Shown piece by piece: positions 28,001 through 43,000 of a DNA stretch of 64,000 bases; the stretch's first letter is position 1; the number at the start of each line of letters is the position of its first letter. The DNA is from Eledone cirrhosa. Its lineage: Eukaryota. A program made the translations under genes and the position numbers. The stretch is from NCBI GenBank assembly GCA_964016885.1, contig OZ024742.1, positions 5,332,001-5,396,000 of the forward strand. Direction: 5' to 3'. Below the pieces are notes generated by a model. That model ran no database searches. It had not been told where the DNA came from and was given only the letters and a program-made list of their open reading frames with translations.

Positions 28001-31000
28001 CAGATCTGCCCTTCTTAACCCCTTCCCACCCTTTCTTCTCATCTGTATCATTTATAGCCCTCTACTCTCCTCTACAGCCAGATCTGCCCTTCTTAACCCC
28101 TTCCCACCCTTTCTTCTCATCTGTATCATTTATAGTCCTCTACATTCCTCTACAGCCAGATCTGCCTTTCTTAACCCCTTCCCAACCTTTCTTCTCATCT
28201 GTATCATTTATAGTCCTCTACTTTCCTCTACAGCCAGATCTGCCCTTTGTAACCCCTTCCCACCCTTTCTTATCATCTGTATCATTTATAGTCCTCTAAA
28301 TTCCTCTACAGCCAGATCTGCCCTTCTTAACCCCTTCCCATCCTTTCTTCTCATCTGTATCATTTATAGTCCTCTACTTTCCTCTACAGCCAGATCTGCC
28401 CTTCTTAACCCCTTCTCACCCTTTTTTCTCATCTGTATCATTTATAGTCCTCTACATTCCTCTACAGCCAGATCTGCCCTTCTTAACCCCTTCCCATCCT
28501 TTCTTCTCATCTGTATCATTTATAGTCCACTACTTTCCTCTACAGCCAGATCTGCCCTTCTTAACCCTTCCCACCCTTTCTTCTCATCTGTATCATTTAT
28601 AGTCCTCTACTTTCCTCTACAGCCAGATCTGCCCTTCTTAACCCCTTCCCACCCTTTCTTCTCATCTGTATCATTTATAGTCCTCTACATTCCTCTACAG
28701 CCAGATCTGCCCTTCTTAACCCCTTCCCACCCTTTCTTCTCATGTGTATCATTTATAGTCCTCTACATTCCTCTACAGCCAGATCTGCCCATTTTAACCC
28801 CTTCCCACCCTTTTTTTCATCTGTATCATTTATAGTCCTCTACTTTCCTCTACAACCAGATCAGCCCTTCTTAACCCCTTCCCACCCTTTCTACTCATCT
28901 GCATCATTTATAGTCCTCTACATTCTTCTACAGCCAGATATGCCCTTCTTAACGCCTTCCCACCCTTTCTTCTCATCTGTATCATTTATAGTCCTCTACA
29001 TTCCTCTACAGCCAGATCTGCCCTTCTTAACCCCTTTCCACCTTTTCTTCTCATCTGTATCATTTATAGTCCTCTACTTTCCTCTACAGCCAGATCTGCC
29101 CTTCTTAACCCCTTCTCACCCTTTCTTCTCATCTGTATCATTTATAGTCCTCTACATTCCTCTACAGCCAGATCTGCCCTTCTTAACCCTTTCCCACCAT
29201 TTGTTCTCATCTGTATCATTTATAGTCCTCTACTTTCCTCTACAGCCAGATCTGCCCTTCTAAACTCCTTCCCACCCTTTCTTCTCATCTGTATCATTTA
29301 TAGTCTTCTACTTTCCACTACAGCCAGATCTGCCCTTCTTAACCCCTTCCCACCCTTTCTTCTCATCTGTATCATTTATAATCCTCTACATTCCTCTACA
29401 GCCAGATCTGCACTACTTAACCCCTTCCCACCCTTTCTTCTCATCTGTATCATTTATAGTCCTCTATATTCCTCTACCGCCAGATCTGCCCTTCTTAACC
29501 CCTTCCCACCCTTTCTTCTCATCTGTATCATTTATAGTCCTCTACATTCCTCTACAGCCAGATCTGCCCTTCTTAACCACTTCCCACCCTTTCTTCTCAT
29601 CTGTATCATTTATAGTCCTCTACATTCCTCTACAGCCAGATCTGCCATTCTTAACCCCTTCCCGCCCTTTCTTCTCATCTGTATCATTTATAGTCCTCTA
29701 CATTCCTCTACAGCCAGATCTGCCCTTCTTAAACCCTTCCCATCCTTTCTTCTCATCTGTATCATTTATAGTCCTCTACTTTCCTCTACAGCCAGATCTG
29801 CCCTTCTTAACCCCTTCTCACCCTTTTTTCTCATCTGTATCATTTATAGTCCTCTACATTCCTCTACAGCCAGATCTGCCCTTTGTAACCCCTTCCCATC
29901 CTTTCTTCTCATCTGTATCATTTATAGTCCACTACTTTCTTCTACAGCCAGATCTGCCCTTCTTAAACCCTTCTCACCCTTTCTTCTCATCTGTATCATT
30001 TATAGTCCTCTACATTCCTCTACAGCCAGATCTGCCCTTCTTAACCCCTTCCCACCCTTTCTTCTCATCTGTATCATTTATAGTCCTCTACTTTCCACTA
30101 CAGCCAGATCTGCCCTTCTTAACCCCTTCCCACCCTTTCTTCTCATCTGTATCATTTATAATCCTCTACATTCCTCTACAGCCAGATCTGCACTTTTTAA
30201 CACCTTCCCACCCTTTCTTCTCATCTGTATCATTTATAGTCCTCTATATTCCTCTACCGCCAGATCTGCCCTTCTTAACCCCTTCCCACCCTTTCTTCTC
30301 ATCTGTATCATTTATAGCCCTCTACTTTCCTCTACAGCCAGATCTGCCCTTCTTAACCCCTTCCCACCCTTTCTTATCATCTGTATCATTTATAGTCCTC
30401 TACATTCCTCTACAGCCAGATCTGCCTTTCTTAACCCCTTCCCAACCTTTCTTCTCATCTGTATCATTTATAGTCCTCTACTTTCCTCTACAACCAGATC
30501 AGCCCTTCTTAACCCCTTCCCACCCTTTCTACTCATCTGCATCATTTATAGTCCTCTACATTCTTCTACAGCCAGATATGCCCTTCTTAACGCCTTTCCA
30601 CCCTTTCTTCTCATCTGTATCATTTATAGTCCTCTACATTCCTTTACAGCCAGATCTGCCCTTCTTAACCCCTTTCCACCTTTTCTTCTCATCTGTATCA
30701 TTTATAGTCCTCTACTTTCCTCTACAGCCAGATCTGCCCTTCTTAACCCCTTCTTACCCTTTCTTCTCATCTGTATCATTTATAGTCCTCTACATTCCTC
30801 TACAGCCAGATCTGCCCTTCTTAACCCCTTCCCACCCTTTGTTCTCATCTGTATCATTTATAGTCCTCTACTTTCCTCTACAGCCAGATCTGCCCTTCTA
30901 AACTCCTTCCCACCCTTTCTTCTCATCTGTATCATTTATAGTCTTCTACTTTCCACTACAGCCAGATCTGCCCTTCTTAACCCCTTCCCACCCTTTCTTC

Positions 31001-34000
31001 TCATCTGTATCACTTATAATCCTCTACATTCCTCTACAGCCAGATCTGCACTACTTAACCCCTTCCCACCCTTTCTTCTCATCTGTATCATTTATAGTCC
31101 TCTATATTCCTCTACCGCCAGATCTGCCCTTCTTAACCCCTTCCCACCCTTTCTTCTCATCTGTATCACTTATAGCCCTCTACTTTCCTCTACAGGCAGA
31201 TCTGCCCTTCTTAACCCCTTCCCACCCTTTCTTCTCATCTGTATCATTTATAGTCCTCTACATTCCTCTACAGCCAGATCTGCCTTTCTTAACCACTTCC
31301 CAACCTTTCTTCTCATCTGTATCATTTATAGTCCTCTACTTTCCTCTACAGCCAGATCTGCCCTTCTTAAACCCTTCCCACCCTTTCTTCTCATCTGTAT
31401 CATTTATAGTCCTCTACATTCCTCTACAGCCAGATCTGCCCTTCTTAAACCCTTCCCATCCTTTCTTCTCATCTGTATCATTTATAGTCCTCTACTTTCC
31501 TCTACAGCCAGATCTGCCCTTCTTAACCCCTTCTCACCCTTTTTTCTCATCTGTATCATTTATAGTCCTCTACATTCCTCTACAGCCAGATCTGCCCTTT
31601 GTAACCCCTTCCCATCCTTTCTTCTCATCTGTATCATTTATAGTCCACTACTTTCCTCTACAGCCAGATCTGCCCTTCTTAACCCCTTCTCACCCTTTCT
31701 TCTCATCTGTATCATTTATAGTCCTCTACATTCCTCTACAGCCAGATCTGCCCTTCTTAACCCCTTCCCACCCTTTCTTCTCATCTGTATCATTTATAGT
31801 CCTCTACTTTCCACTACAGCCAGATCTGCCCTTATTAACCCCTTCCCACCCTTTCTTCTCATCTGTATCATTTATAATCCTCTACATTCCTCTACAGCCA
31901 GAGCTGCACTTCTTAACCCCTTCCCACCCTTTCTTCTCATCTGTATCATTTATAGTCCTCTATATTCCTCTACCGCCAGATCTGCCCTTCTTAACCCCTT
32001 CCCACCCTTTCTTCTCATCTGTATCATTTATAGCCCTCTACTTTCCTCTACAGCCAGATCTGCCCTTCTTAACCCCTTCCCACCCTTTCTTCTCATCTGT
32101 ATCATTTATAGTCCTCTACATTCCTCTACAGCCAGATCTGCCTTTCTTAACCCCTTCCCAACCTTTCTTCTCATCTGTATCATTTATAGTCCTCTACTTT
32201 CCTCTACAGCCAGATCTGCCCTTCGTAACCCCTTCCCACCCTTTCTTATCATCTGTATCATTTATAGTCCTCTACATTCCTCTACAGCCAGATCTGCCCT
32301 TCTTAACCCCTTCCCATCCTTTCTTCTCATCTGTATCATTTATAGTCCTCTACTTTCCTCTACAGCCAGATCTGCCCTTCTTAACCCCTTCTCACCCTTT
32401 TTTCTCATCTGTATCATTTATAGTCCTCTACATTCCTCTACAGCCAGATCTGCCCTTCTTAACCCCTTCCCATCCTTTCTTCTCATCTGTATCATTTATA
32501 GTCCACTACTTTCCTCTACAGCCAGATCTGCCCTTCTTAACCCTTCCCACCCTTTCTTCTCATCTGTATCATTTATAGTCCTCTACTTTCCTCTACAGCC
32601 AGATCTGCCCTTCTTAACCCCTTCCCACCCTTTCTTCTCATCTGTATCATTTATAGTCCTCTACATTCCTCTACAGCCAGATCTGCCCTTCTTAACCCCT
32701 TCCCGCCCTTTCTTCTCATGTGTATCATTTATAGTCCTCTACATTCCTCTACAGCCAGATCTGCCCATCTTAACCCCTTCCCACCCTTTCTTTTCATCTG
32801 TATCATTTATAGTCCTCTACTTTCCTCTACAACCAGATCAGCCCTTCTTAACCCCTTCCCACCCTTTCTACTCATCTGTATAATTTATAGTCCTCTACAT
32901 TCTTCTACAGCCATATATGCCCTTCTTAACGCCTTCCCACCCTTTCTTCTCATCTGTATCATTTATAGTCCTCTACATTCCTCTACAGCCAGATCTGCCC
33001 TTCTTAACCCCTTTCCACCCTTTCTTCTCATCTGTATCATTTATAGTCCTCTACTTTCCTCTACAGCCAGATCTGCCCTTCTTAACCCCTTCTCACCCTT
33101 TCTTCTCATCTGTATCATTTATAGTCCTCTACATTCCTCTACAGCCAGATCTGCCCTTCTTAACCCCTTCCCACCCTTTGTTCTCATCTGTATCATTTAT
33201 AGTCCTCTACTTTCCTCTACAGCCAGATCTGCCCTTCTAAACTCCTTCCCACCCTTTCTTCTCATCTGTATCATTTATAGTCCTCTACTTTCCACTACAG
33301 CCAGATCTGCCCTTCTTAACCCCTTCCCACCCTTTCTTCTCATCTGTATCATTTATAATCCTCTACATTCCTCTACAGCCAGATCTGCACTACTTAACCC
33401 CTTCCCACCCTTTCTTCTCATCTGTATCATTTATAGTCCTCTATATTCCTCTACCGCCAGATCTGCCCTTCTTAACTCCTTCCCACCCTTTCTTCTCATC
33501 TGTATCATTTATAGTCCTCTACATTCCTCTACTGCCAGATCTGCCTTTCTTAACCCCTTCCCAACCTTTCTTCTCATCTGTATCATTTATAGTCCTCTAC
33601 TTTCCTCTACAGCCAGATCTGCCCTTCTTAACCCCTTCCCACTCTTTCTTCTCATCCGTATCATTTATAGTCCTCTACATTCCTCTACAGCCAGATCTGC
33701 CCTTCTTAAACCCTTCCCTTCCTTTCTTCTCATCTGTATCATTTATAGTCCTCTACTTTCCTCTACAGCCAGATCTGCCCTTCTTAACCCCTTCTCACCC
33801 TTTTTTCTCATCTGTATCATTTATAGTCCTCTACATTCCTCTACAGCCAGATCTGCCCTTTGTAACCCCTTCCCATCCTTTCTTCTCATCTGTATCATTT
33901 ATAGTCCACTACTTTCCTCTACAGCCAGATCTGCCCTTCTTAACCCTTCCCACCCTTTCTTCTCATCTGTATCATTTATAGTCCTCTACATTCCTCTACA

Positions 34001-37000
34001 GCCAGATCTGCCCTTCTTAACCCCTTCCCATCCCTTCTTCTCATCTGTATCATTTATAGTCCACTACTTTCCTCTACAGCCAAATCTGCCCTTCTTAACC
34101 CTTCCCACCCTTTCTTCTCATCTGTATCATTTATAGTCCTCTACATTCCTCTACAGCCAGATCTGCCCTTCTTAACCCCTTCCCATCCTTTCTTCTCATC
34201 TGTATCATTTATAGTCCTCTATATTCCTCTACAGCCAGATCTGCCCTTCTTAACCCCTTCGCACCCTTTCTTCTCATCTGTATCATTTATAGTCCTCTAC
34301 ATTCCTCTACAGACAGATCTGCCCTTCTTAACACCTTCCCACCCTTCCTTCTCATCTGTATCATTTATAGTCCTCTACATTCCTCTACAGCCAGATCTGC
34401 CCTCCTTAACCCCTTCCCAGCCTTTCTTCTCATCTGTATCATTTATAGTCCTCTACTTTCCTCTACAGCCTGATCTGCCCTTTTTAACCCCTTCCCACCC
34501 TTTCTTCACATCTGTATCATTTATAGTCCTCTACTTTCCTCTACAGCCAGATTTGCCCTTTTTAAACCCTTCCCACCCTTTCTTCTCATCTGTATCATTT
34601 ATAGTCCTCTACATTCCTCTACAGCCAGATCTGCCCTTCTTAACCCCTTCCCACCCTTTCTTCTCATCTGTATCATTTATAGTCCTCTACTTTCCTCTAC
34701 AGCCAGATCTGCCCTTCTTAACCCCTTCCCACCCTTTCTTCTCATCTGTATCATTTATAGTCCTCTACATTCCTCTACAGCCAGATCTGCCCTTCTTAAC
34801 CCCTTCCCACCCTTTCTTCTCATGTGTATCATATATAGTCCTCTACATTCCTCTACAGCCAGATCTGCCCATCTTAACCCCTTCCCACCCTTTCTTTTCA
34901 TCTGTATCATTTATAGTCCACTACTTTCCTCTACAGCCAGATCTGCCCTTCTTAACCCTTCCCACCCTTTCTTCTCATCTGTATCATTTATAGTCCTCTA
35001 CATTCCTCTACAGCCAGATCTGCCCTTCTTAACCCCTTCCCATCCTTTCTTCTTATCTGTATCATTTATAGTCCTCTACATTCCTCTACAGCCAGATCTG
35101 CCCTTCTTAACCCCTTCCCACCCTTTCTTCTCATCTGTATCATTTATAGTCCTCTACATTCCTCTACATCCAGATCTACCCTTCTTAACCCCTTCCCACC
35201 CTTTCTTCTCATCTGTATCATTTATAGTCCTCTACTTTCCTCTACAGCCAGATCTGCCCTTCTTAACCCCTTCCCACCCTTTCTTCTCATCTGTATCATT
35301 TATAGTCCTCTACTTTCCTCTACAGCCAGATCTGCCCTTCTTAACCCCTTCCCACCCTTTTTTCTCATCTGTATCATTTATAGTCCTCTACATTCCTCTA
35401 CAGCCAGATCTGCCATTCTTAACCCCTTCCCACCCTTTCTTCTCATCTGTATCATTTATAGTCCTCTACATACCTCTACAGCCAGATCTGCCCTTCTTAA
35501 CCCCTTCCCATCCTTTCTTCTCATCTGTATCATTTATAGTCCTCTACTTTCCTCTACAGTCAGATCTGCCCTTCTTAACCCCTTCCCACTCTTTCTTCTC
35601 ATCTGTATCATTTATAGTCCGCTACTTTCCTCTACAGCCAGATCTGCCCTTTTAACCCCTTCCCACACTTTATTCTCATCTGTGTCATTTATAGTCCTCT
35701 ACTTTCCTCTACAGCCAGATATGCCCTTCTTAACCCCTTCCCACCCTTTCTTCTCATGTGTATCATTTATAGTCATCTACATTCCTCTATAGCCAGATCT
35801 GCCCATCTTAACCGCTTCCAACCCTTTCTTCTCATCTGTATCATGTATAGTCCTCTACATTCCTCTACAGCCAGATCTGCCCTTTTAACCCATTCCCACC
35901 CTTTCTTCTCATCTGTATCATTTATAGTCCTCTACATTCCTCTACAGCCAGATCTGCCCTTCTTAACACCTTCCCACCCTTTCTTCTCATCTGTAACATT
36001 TATAGTCCTCTACATTCCTCTACAGCCAGATCTGCCCTTCTTAACCCCTTCCCACCCTTTCTTCTCATCTGTATCATTTATAGTCCTCTACATTCCTCTA
36101 CAGCCAGATCTGCCCATCTTAACCCCTTCCCACCCTTTCTACTCATCTGTATCATTTATAGTCCTCTACATTCCTCTACAGCCAGATCTGCCCTTCTTAA
36201 CCACTTCCCACCCTTTCTTCTCATCTGTATCATTTATAGTCCTCTACTTTCCTCTACAGCCAGATCTGCCCTTTTTAACCCCTTCCCACCCTTTCTTCTC
36301 ATCTGTATCATTTATAGTCCTCTACATTCCTCTACTGACAGATCTGCCCTTCTTAACCCCTTCCCATCCTTTCTTCTCATCCGTATCATTTATAGTCCTC
36401 TACGTTCCTCTACAGCCCGATCTGCTCTTCTTAACCCCTTCACACCCTTTTTTCTTATCTGTATCATTTATAGTCCTCTACATTCCTCTACAGCCAGATC
36501 TGCTCTTCTTAACCCCTTCCCACCCTTTCTTCTCATCTGTATCATTTATAGTCCTCTACATTCCTCTACAGCCAGATCTGCCCTTCTTAACCCCTTCCCA
36601 CCCTTTGTTCTCATCTGTATCATTTATAGTCCTCTACTTTCCTCTACAGCCAGATCTGCCCTTCTTAACGCCTTCCCACCCTTTCTTCTCATCTGTATCA
36701 TTTATAGTCCTCTACATTCCTCTACAGCCAGATCTGCCCTTCTTAACACCTTCCCACCCTTTCTTCTCATCCGTATCATTTATAGTCCTCTACGTTCCTC
36801 TACAGCCCGATCTGCTCTTCTTAACCCCTTCCCACCCTTTCTTCTCATGTGTATCATTTATAGTCCTCTACATTCCTCTACAGCCAGATCTGCCCATCTT
36901 AACCCATTCCCACCCTTTCTTTTCATCTGTATCATTTATAGTCCTCTACTCTCCTCTACAACCAGATCAGCCCTTCTTAACCCCTTCCCACCCTTTCTAC

Positions 37001-40000
37001 TCATCTGTATCATTTATAGTCCTCTACATTCTTCTACAGCCAGATATGCCCTTCTTAACGCCTTCCCACCCTTTCTTCTCATCTGTATCATTTAAAGAAC
37101 TCTACATTCCTCTACAGCCAGATCTGCCCTTCTTAACCCCTTTCCACCCTTTCTTCTCATCTGTATCATTTATAGTCCTCTACTTTCCTCTACAGCCAGA
37201 TCTGCCCTTCTTAACCCCTTCTCACCCTTTCTTCTCATCTGTATCATTTATAGTCCTCTACATTCCTCTACAGCCAGATCTGCCCTTCTTAACCCCTTCC
37301 CACCCTTTGTTCTCATCTGTATCATTTATAGTCCTCTACTTTCCTCTACAGCCAGATCTGCCCTTCTAAACTCCTTCCCACCCTTTCTTCTCATCTGTAT
37401 CATTTATAGTCCTCTACTTTCCACTACAGCCAGATCTGCCCTTCTTAACCCCTTCCCACCCTTTCTTCTCATCTGTATCATTTATAATCCTCTACATTCC
37501 TCTACAGCCAGATCTGCACTACTTAACCCCTTCCCACCCTTTCTTCTCATCTGTATCATTTATAGTCCTCTATATTCCTCTACCGCCAGATCTGCCCTTC
37601 TTAACCCCTTCCCATCCTTTCTTCTCATCTGTATCATTTATAGCCCTCTACTTTCCTCTACAGCCAGATCTGCCCTTCTTAACCCCTTCCCACCCTTTCT
37701 TCTCATCTGTATCATTTATAGTCCTCTACTTTCCTCTACAGCCAGATCTGCCCTTCTTAACCCCTTCCCACCCTTTCTTCTCATCTGTATCATTTATAGT
37801 CCTCTACATTCCTCTACAGCCAGATCTGCCCTTCTTAAACCTTTCCCATCCTTTCTTCTCATCTGTATCATTTATAGTCCTCTACTTTCCTCTACAGCCA
37901 GATCTGCCCTTCTTAACCCCTTCTCACCCTTTTTTCTCATCTGTATTATTTATAGTCCTCTACATTCCTCTACAGCCAGATCTGCCCTTCGTAACCCCTT
38001 CCCATCCTTTCTTCTCATCTGTATCATTTATAGTCCACTACTTTCCTCTACAGCCAGATCTGCCCTTCTTAACCCTTCCCACCCTTTCTTCTCATCTGTA
38101 TCATTTATAGTCCTCTACATTCCTCTACAGCCAGATCTGCCCTTCTTAACCCCTTCCCATCCTTTCTTCTCATCTGTATCATTTATAGTCCACTACTTTC
38201 CTCTACAGCCAAATCTGCCCTTCTTAACCCTTCCCACCCTTTCTTCTCATCTGTATCATTTATAGTCCTCTACATTCCTCTACAGCCAGATCTGCCCTTC
38301 TTAACCCCTTCCCACCCTTTATTCTCATCTGTATCATTTATAGTCCTCTATATTCCTCTACAGCCAGATCTGCCCTTCTTAACCCCTTCGCACCCTTTCT
38401 TCTCATCTGTATCATTTATAGTCCTCTACATTCCTCTACAGCCAGATCTGCCCTTCTTAACACCTTCCCACCCTTCCTTCTCATCTGTATCATTTATAGT
38501 CCTCTACATTCCTCTACAGCCAGATCTGCCCTCCTTAACCCCTTCCCAGCCTTTCTTCTCATCTGTATCATTTATAGTCCTCTACTTTCCTCTACAGCCA
38601 GATCTGACCTTTTTAACCCTTTCCCACTCTTTCTTCTCATCTGTGTCATTTATAGTCCTCTACTTTCCTCTACAGCCAGATCTGCCCTTCTTAACTCCTT
38701 CCCACCCTTTCTTCTCATCTGTATCATTTATAGTCCTCCACTTTCCTCTACAGCCTGATCTGCCCTTTTTAACCCCTTCCCACCCTTTCTTCACCTCTGT
38801 ATCATTTATAGTCCTCTACTTTCCTCTACAGCCAGATTTGCCCTTTTTAACCCCTTCCCACCCTTTCTTCTCATCTGTATCATTTATAGTCCTCTACATT
38901 CCTCTACAGCCAGATCTGCCCTTCTTAACCCCTTCCCACCCTTTCTTCTCATCTGTATCATTTATAGTCCTCTACTTTCCTCTACAGCCAGATCTGCCCT
39001 TCTTAACCCCTTCCCACCCTTTCTTCTCATGTGTATCATTTATAGTCCTCTACATTCCTCTACAGCCAGATCTGCCCATCTTAACCCCTTCCCACCCTTT
39101 CTTTTCATCTGTATCATTTATAGTCCTCTACTTTCCTCTACAACCAGATCTGCCCTTCTTAACCCCTTCCCACCCTTTCTACTCATCTTTATCATTTATA
39201 GTCCTCTACATTCTTCTACAGCCAGATATGCCCTTCTTAACGCCTTCCCACCCTTTCTTCTCATCTGTATCATTTATAGTCCTCTACATTCCTCTACAGC
39301 CAGATCTGCCCTTCTTAAACCCTTTCCACCCTTTCTTCTCATCTGTATCATTTATAGTCCTCTACTTTCCTCTACAGCCAGATCTGCCCTTCTTAACCCC
39401 TTCTCACCCTTTTTTCTCATCTGTATCATTTATAGTCCTCTACATTCCTCTACAGCCAGATCTGCCCTTCTTAACCCCTTCCCATCCTTTCTTCTCATCT
39501 GTATCATTTATAGTCCACTACTTTCCTCTACAGCCAGATCTGCCCTTCTTAACCCTTCCCACCCTTTCTTCTCATCTGTATCATTTATAGTCCTCTACAT
39601 TCCTCTACAGCCAGGTCTGCCCTTCTTAACCCCTTCCCATCCTTTCTTCTTATCTGTATCATTTATAGTCCTCTACATTCCTCTACAGCCAGATCTGCCC
39701 TTCTTAACCCCTTCCCACCCTTTCTTCTCATCTGTATCATTTATAGTCCTCTACATTCCTCTACATCCAGATCTACCCTTCTTAACCCCTTCCCACCCTT
39801 TCTTCTCATCTGTATCATTTATAGTCCTCTACTTTCCTCTACAGCCAGATCTGCCCTTCTTAAACCCTTCCCACCCTTTCTTCTCATCTGTATCATTTAT
39901 AGTCCTCTACATTCCTCTACAGCCAGATCTGCCATTCTAACCCCTTCCCATCCTTTCTTCTCATCGGTATCATTTATAGTCCTCTACTTTCCTCTACAGC

Positions 40001-43000
40001 CAGATCTGCCCTTCTTAACCCCTTCCCACCCTTTTTCTCATCTGTATCATTTATAGTCCTCTACATTCCTCTACAGCCAGATCTGCCCTTCTTAACCCCT
40101 TCCCATCCTTTCTTCTCATGTGTATCATTTATAGTCCTCTACTTTCCTCTACAGCCAGATCTGCCCTTTTTAAACCCTTCCCACCCTTTCTTCTCATCTG
40201 TATCATTTATAGTCCTCTACATTCCTCTACAGCCAGATCTGCCCTTTTTAACCCCTTCCCACCCTTTCTTCTCATCTGTATCATTTATAGTCCTCTACTT
40301 TCCTCTACAGCCAGATCTGCCCTTCTTAACACCTTCCCACCCTTTTTTCTCATCTGTATCATTTATAGTCCTCTACTTTCCTCTACAGTCAGATCTGCCC
40401 TTCTTAACCCCTTCCCACCCTTTCTTCTCATCTGTATCATTTATAGTCCGCTACTTTCCTCTACAGCCAGATCTGCCCTTTTTAACCCCTTCCCACCCTT
40501 TTTTCTCATCTGTGTCATTTATAGTCCTCTACTTTCCTCTACAGCCAGATATGCCCTTCTTAACCCCTTCCCATCCTTTCTTCTCATGTGTATCATTTAT
40601 AGTCCTCTACATTCCTCTATAGCCAGATCTGCCCATCTTAACCCCTTCCCACCCTTTCTTCTCATCTGTAACATTTATAGTCCTCTACATTCCTCTACAG
40701 CCAGATCTGCCCTTCTTAACCCCTTCCCATCCTTTCTTCTCATCTGTATCATTTATTGTCCTCTACATTCCTCTACAGCCAGATCTGCCCTTCTTAACAC
40801 CTTCCCACCCTTTCTTCTCATCTGTAACATTTATAGTCCTCTACATTCCTCTACAGCCAGATCTGCCCTTCTTAACCCCTTCCCATCCTTTCTTCTCATC
40901 TGTATCATTTATAGTCCTCTACATTCCTCTACAGCCAGATCTGCCCATCTTAACCCCTTCCCACCCTTTCTTCTCATCTGTATCATTTATAGTCCTCTAC
41001 ATTCCTCTACAGCCCGATCTGCTCTTCTTAACCCCTTCACACCCTTTTTTCTTATCTGTATCATTTATAGTCCTCTACATTCCTCTACAGCCAGATCTGC
41101 TCTTCTTAACCCCTTCCCACCCTTTCTTCTCATCTGTATCATTTATAGTCCTCTACATTCCTCTACAGCCAGGTCTGCCCTTCTTAACCCCTTCCCATCC
41201 TTTCTTCTTATCTGTATCATTTATAGTCCTCTACATTCCGCTACAGCCAGATCTGCCCTTCTTAACCCCTTCCCACCCTTTCTTCTCATCTGTATCATTT
41301 ATAGTCCTCTACATTCCTCTACATCCAGATCTACCCTTCTTAACCCCTTCCCACCCTTTCTTCTCATTTGTATCATTTATAGTCCTCTACTTTCCTCTAC
41401 AGCCAGATCTGCCCTTCTTAAACCCTTCCCACCCTTTCTTCTCATCTGTATCATTTATAGTCCTCTACATTCCTCTACAGCCAGATCTGCCATTCTAACC
41501 CCTTCCCATCCTTTCTTCTCATCGGTATCATTTATAGTCCTCTACTTTCCTCTACAGCCAGATCTGCCCTTCTTAACCCCTTCCCACCCTTTTTCTCATC
41601 TGTATCATTTATAGTCCTCTACATTCCTCTACAGCCAGATCTGCCCTTCTTAACCCCTTCCCATCCTTTCTTCTCATGTGTATCATTTATAGTCCTCTAC
41701 TTTCCTCTACAGCCAGATCTGCCCTTTTTAAACCCTTCCCACCCTTTCTTCTCATCTGTATCATTTATAGTCCTCTACATTCCTCTACAGCCAGATCTGC
41801 CCTTTTTAACCCCTTCCCACCCTTTCTTCTCATCTGTATCATTTATAGTCCTCTACTTTCCTCTACAGCCAGATCTGCCCTTCTTAACACCTTCCCACCC
41901 TTTTTTCTCATCTGTATCATTTATAGTCCTCTACATTCCTCTACAGCCAGATCTGCCATTCTTAACCCCTTCCCACCCTTTCTTCTCATCTGTATCATTT
42001 ATAGTCCTCTACATACCTCTACAGCCAGATCTGCCCTTCTTAACCCCTTCCCATCCTTTCTTCTCATCTGTATCATTTATAGTCCTCTACTTTCCTCTAC
42101 AGTCAGATCTGCCCTTCTTAACCCCTTCCCACCCTTTCTTCTCATCTGTATCATTTATAGTCCGCTACTTTCCTCTACAGCCAGATCTGCCCTTTTTAAC
42201 CCCTTCCCACCCTTTCTTCTCATCTGTGTCATTTATAGTCCTCTACTTTCCTCTACAGCCAGATATGCCCTTCTTAACCCCTTCCCACCCTTTCTTCTCA
42301 TGTGTATCATTTATAGTCCTCTACATTCCTCTATAGCCAGATCTGCCCATCTTAACCCCTTCCCACCCTTTCTTCTCATCTGTAACATTTATAGTCCTCT
42401 ACATTCCTCTACAGCCAGATCTGCCCTTTTAACCCATTCCCACCCTTTCTTCTCATCTGTATCATTTATTGTCCTCTACATTCCTCTACAGCCAGATCTG
42501 CCCTTCTTAACACCTTCCCACCCTTTCTTCTCATCTGTAACATTTATAGTCCTCTACATTCCTCTACAGCCAGATCTGCCCTTCTTAACCCCTTCCCACC
42601 CTTTCTTCTCATCTGTATCATTTATAGTCCTCTACATTCCTCTACAGCCAGATCTGCCCATCTTAACCCCTTCCCACCCTTTCTTCTCATCTGTATCATT
42701 TATAGTCCTCTACATTCCTCTACAGCCCGATCTGCTCTTCTTAACCCCTTCACACCCTTTTTTCTTATCTGTATCATTTATAGTCCTCTACATTCCTCTA
42801 CAGCCAGATCTGCTCTTCTTAACCCCTTCCCACCCTTTCTTCTCATCTGTATCATTTATAGTCCTCTACATTCCTCTACAGCCAGATCTGCCCTTCTTAA
42901 CCCCTTCCCACCCTTTGTTCTCATCTGTATCATTTATAGTCCTCTACTTTCCTCTACAGCCAGATCTGCCCTTCTTAACTCCTTCCCACTCTTTCTTCTC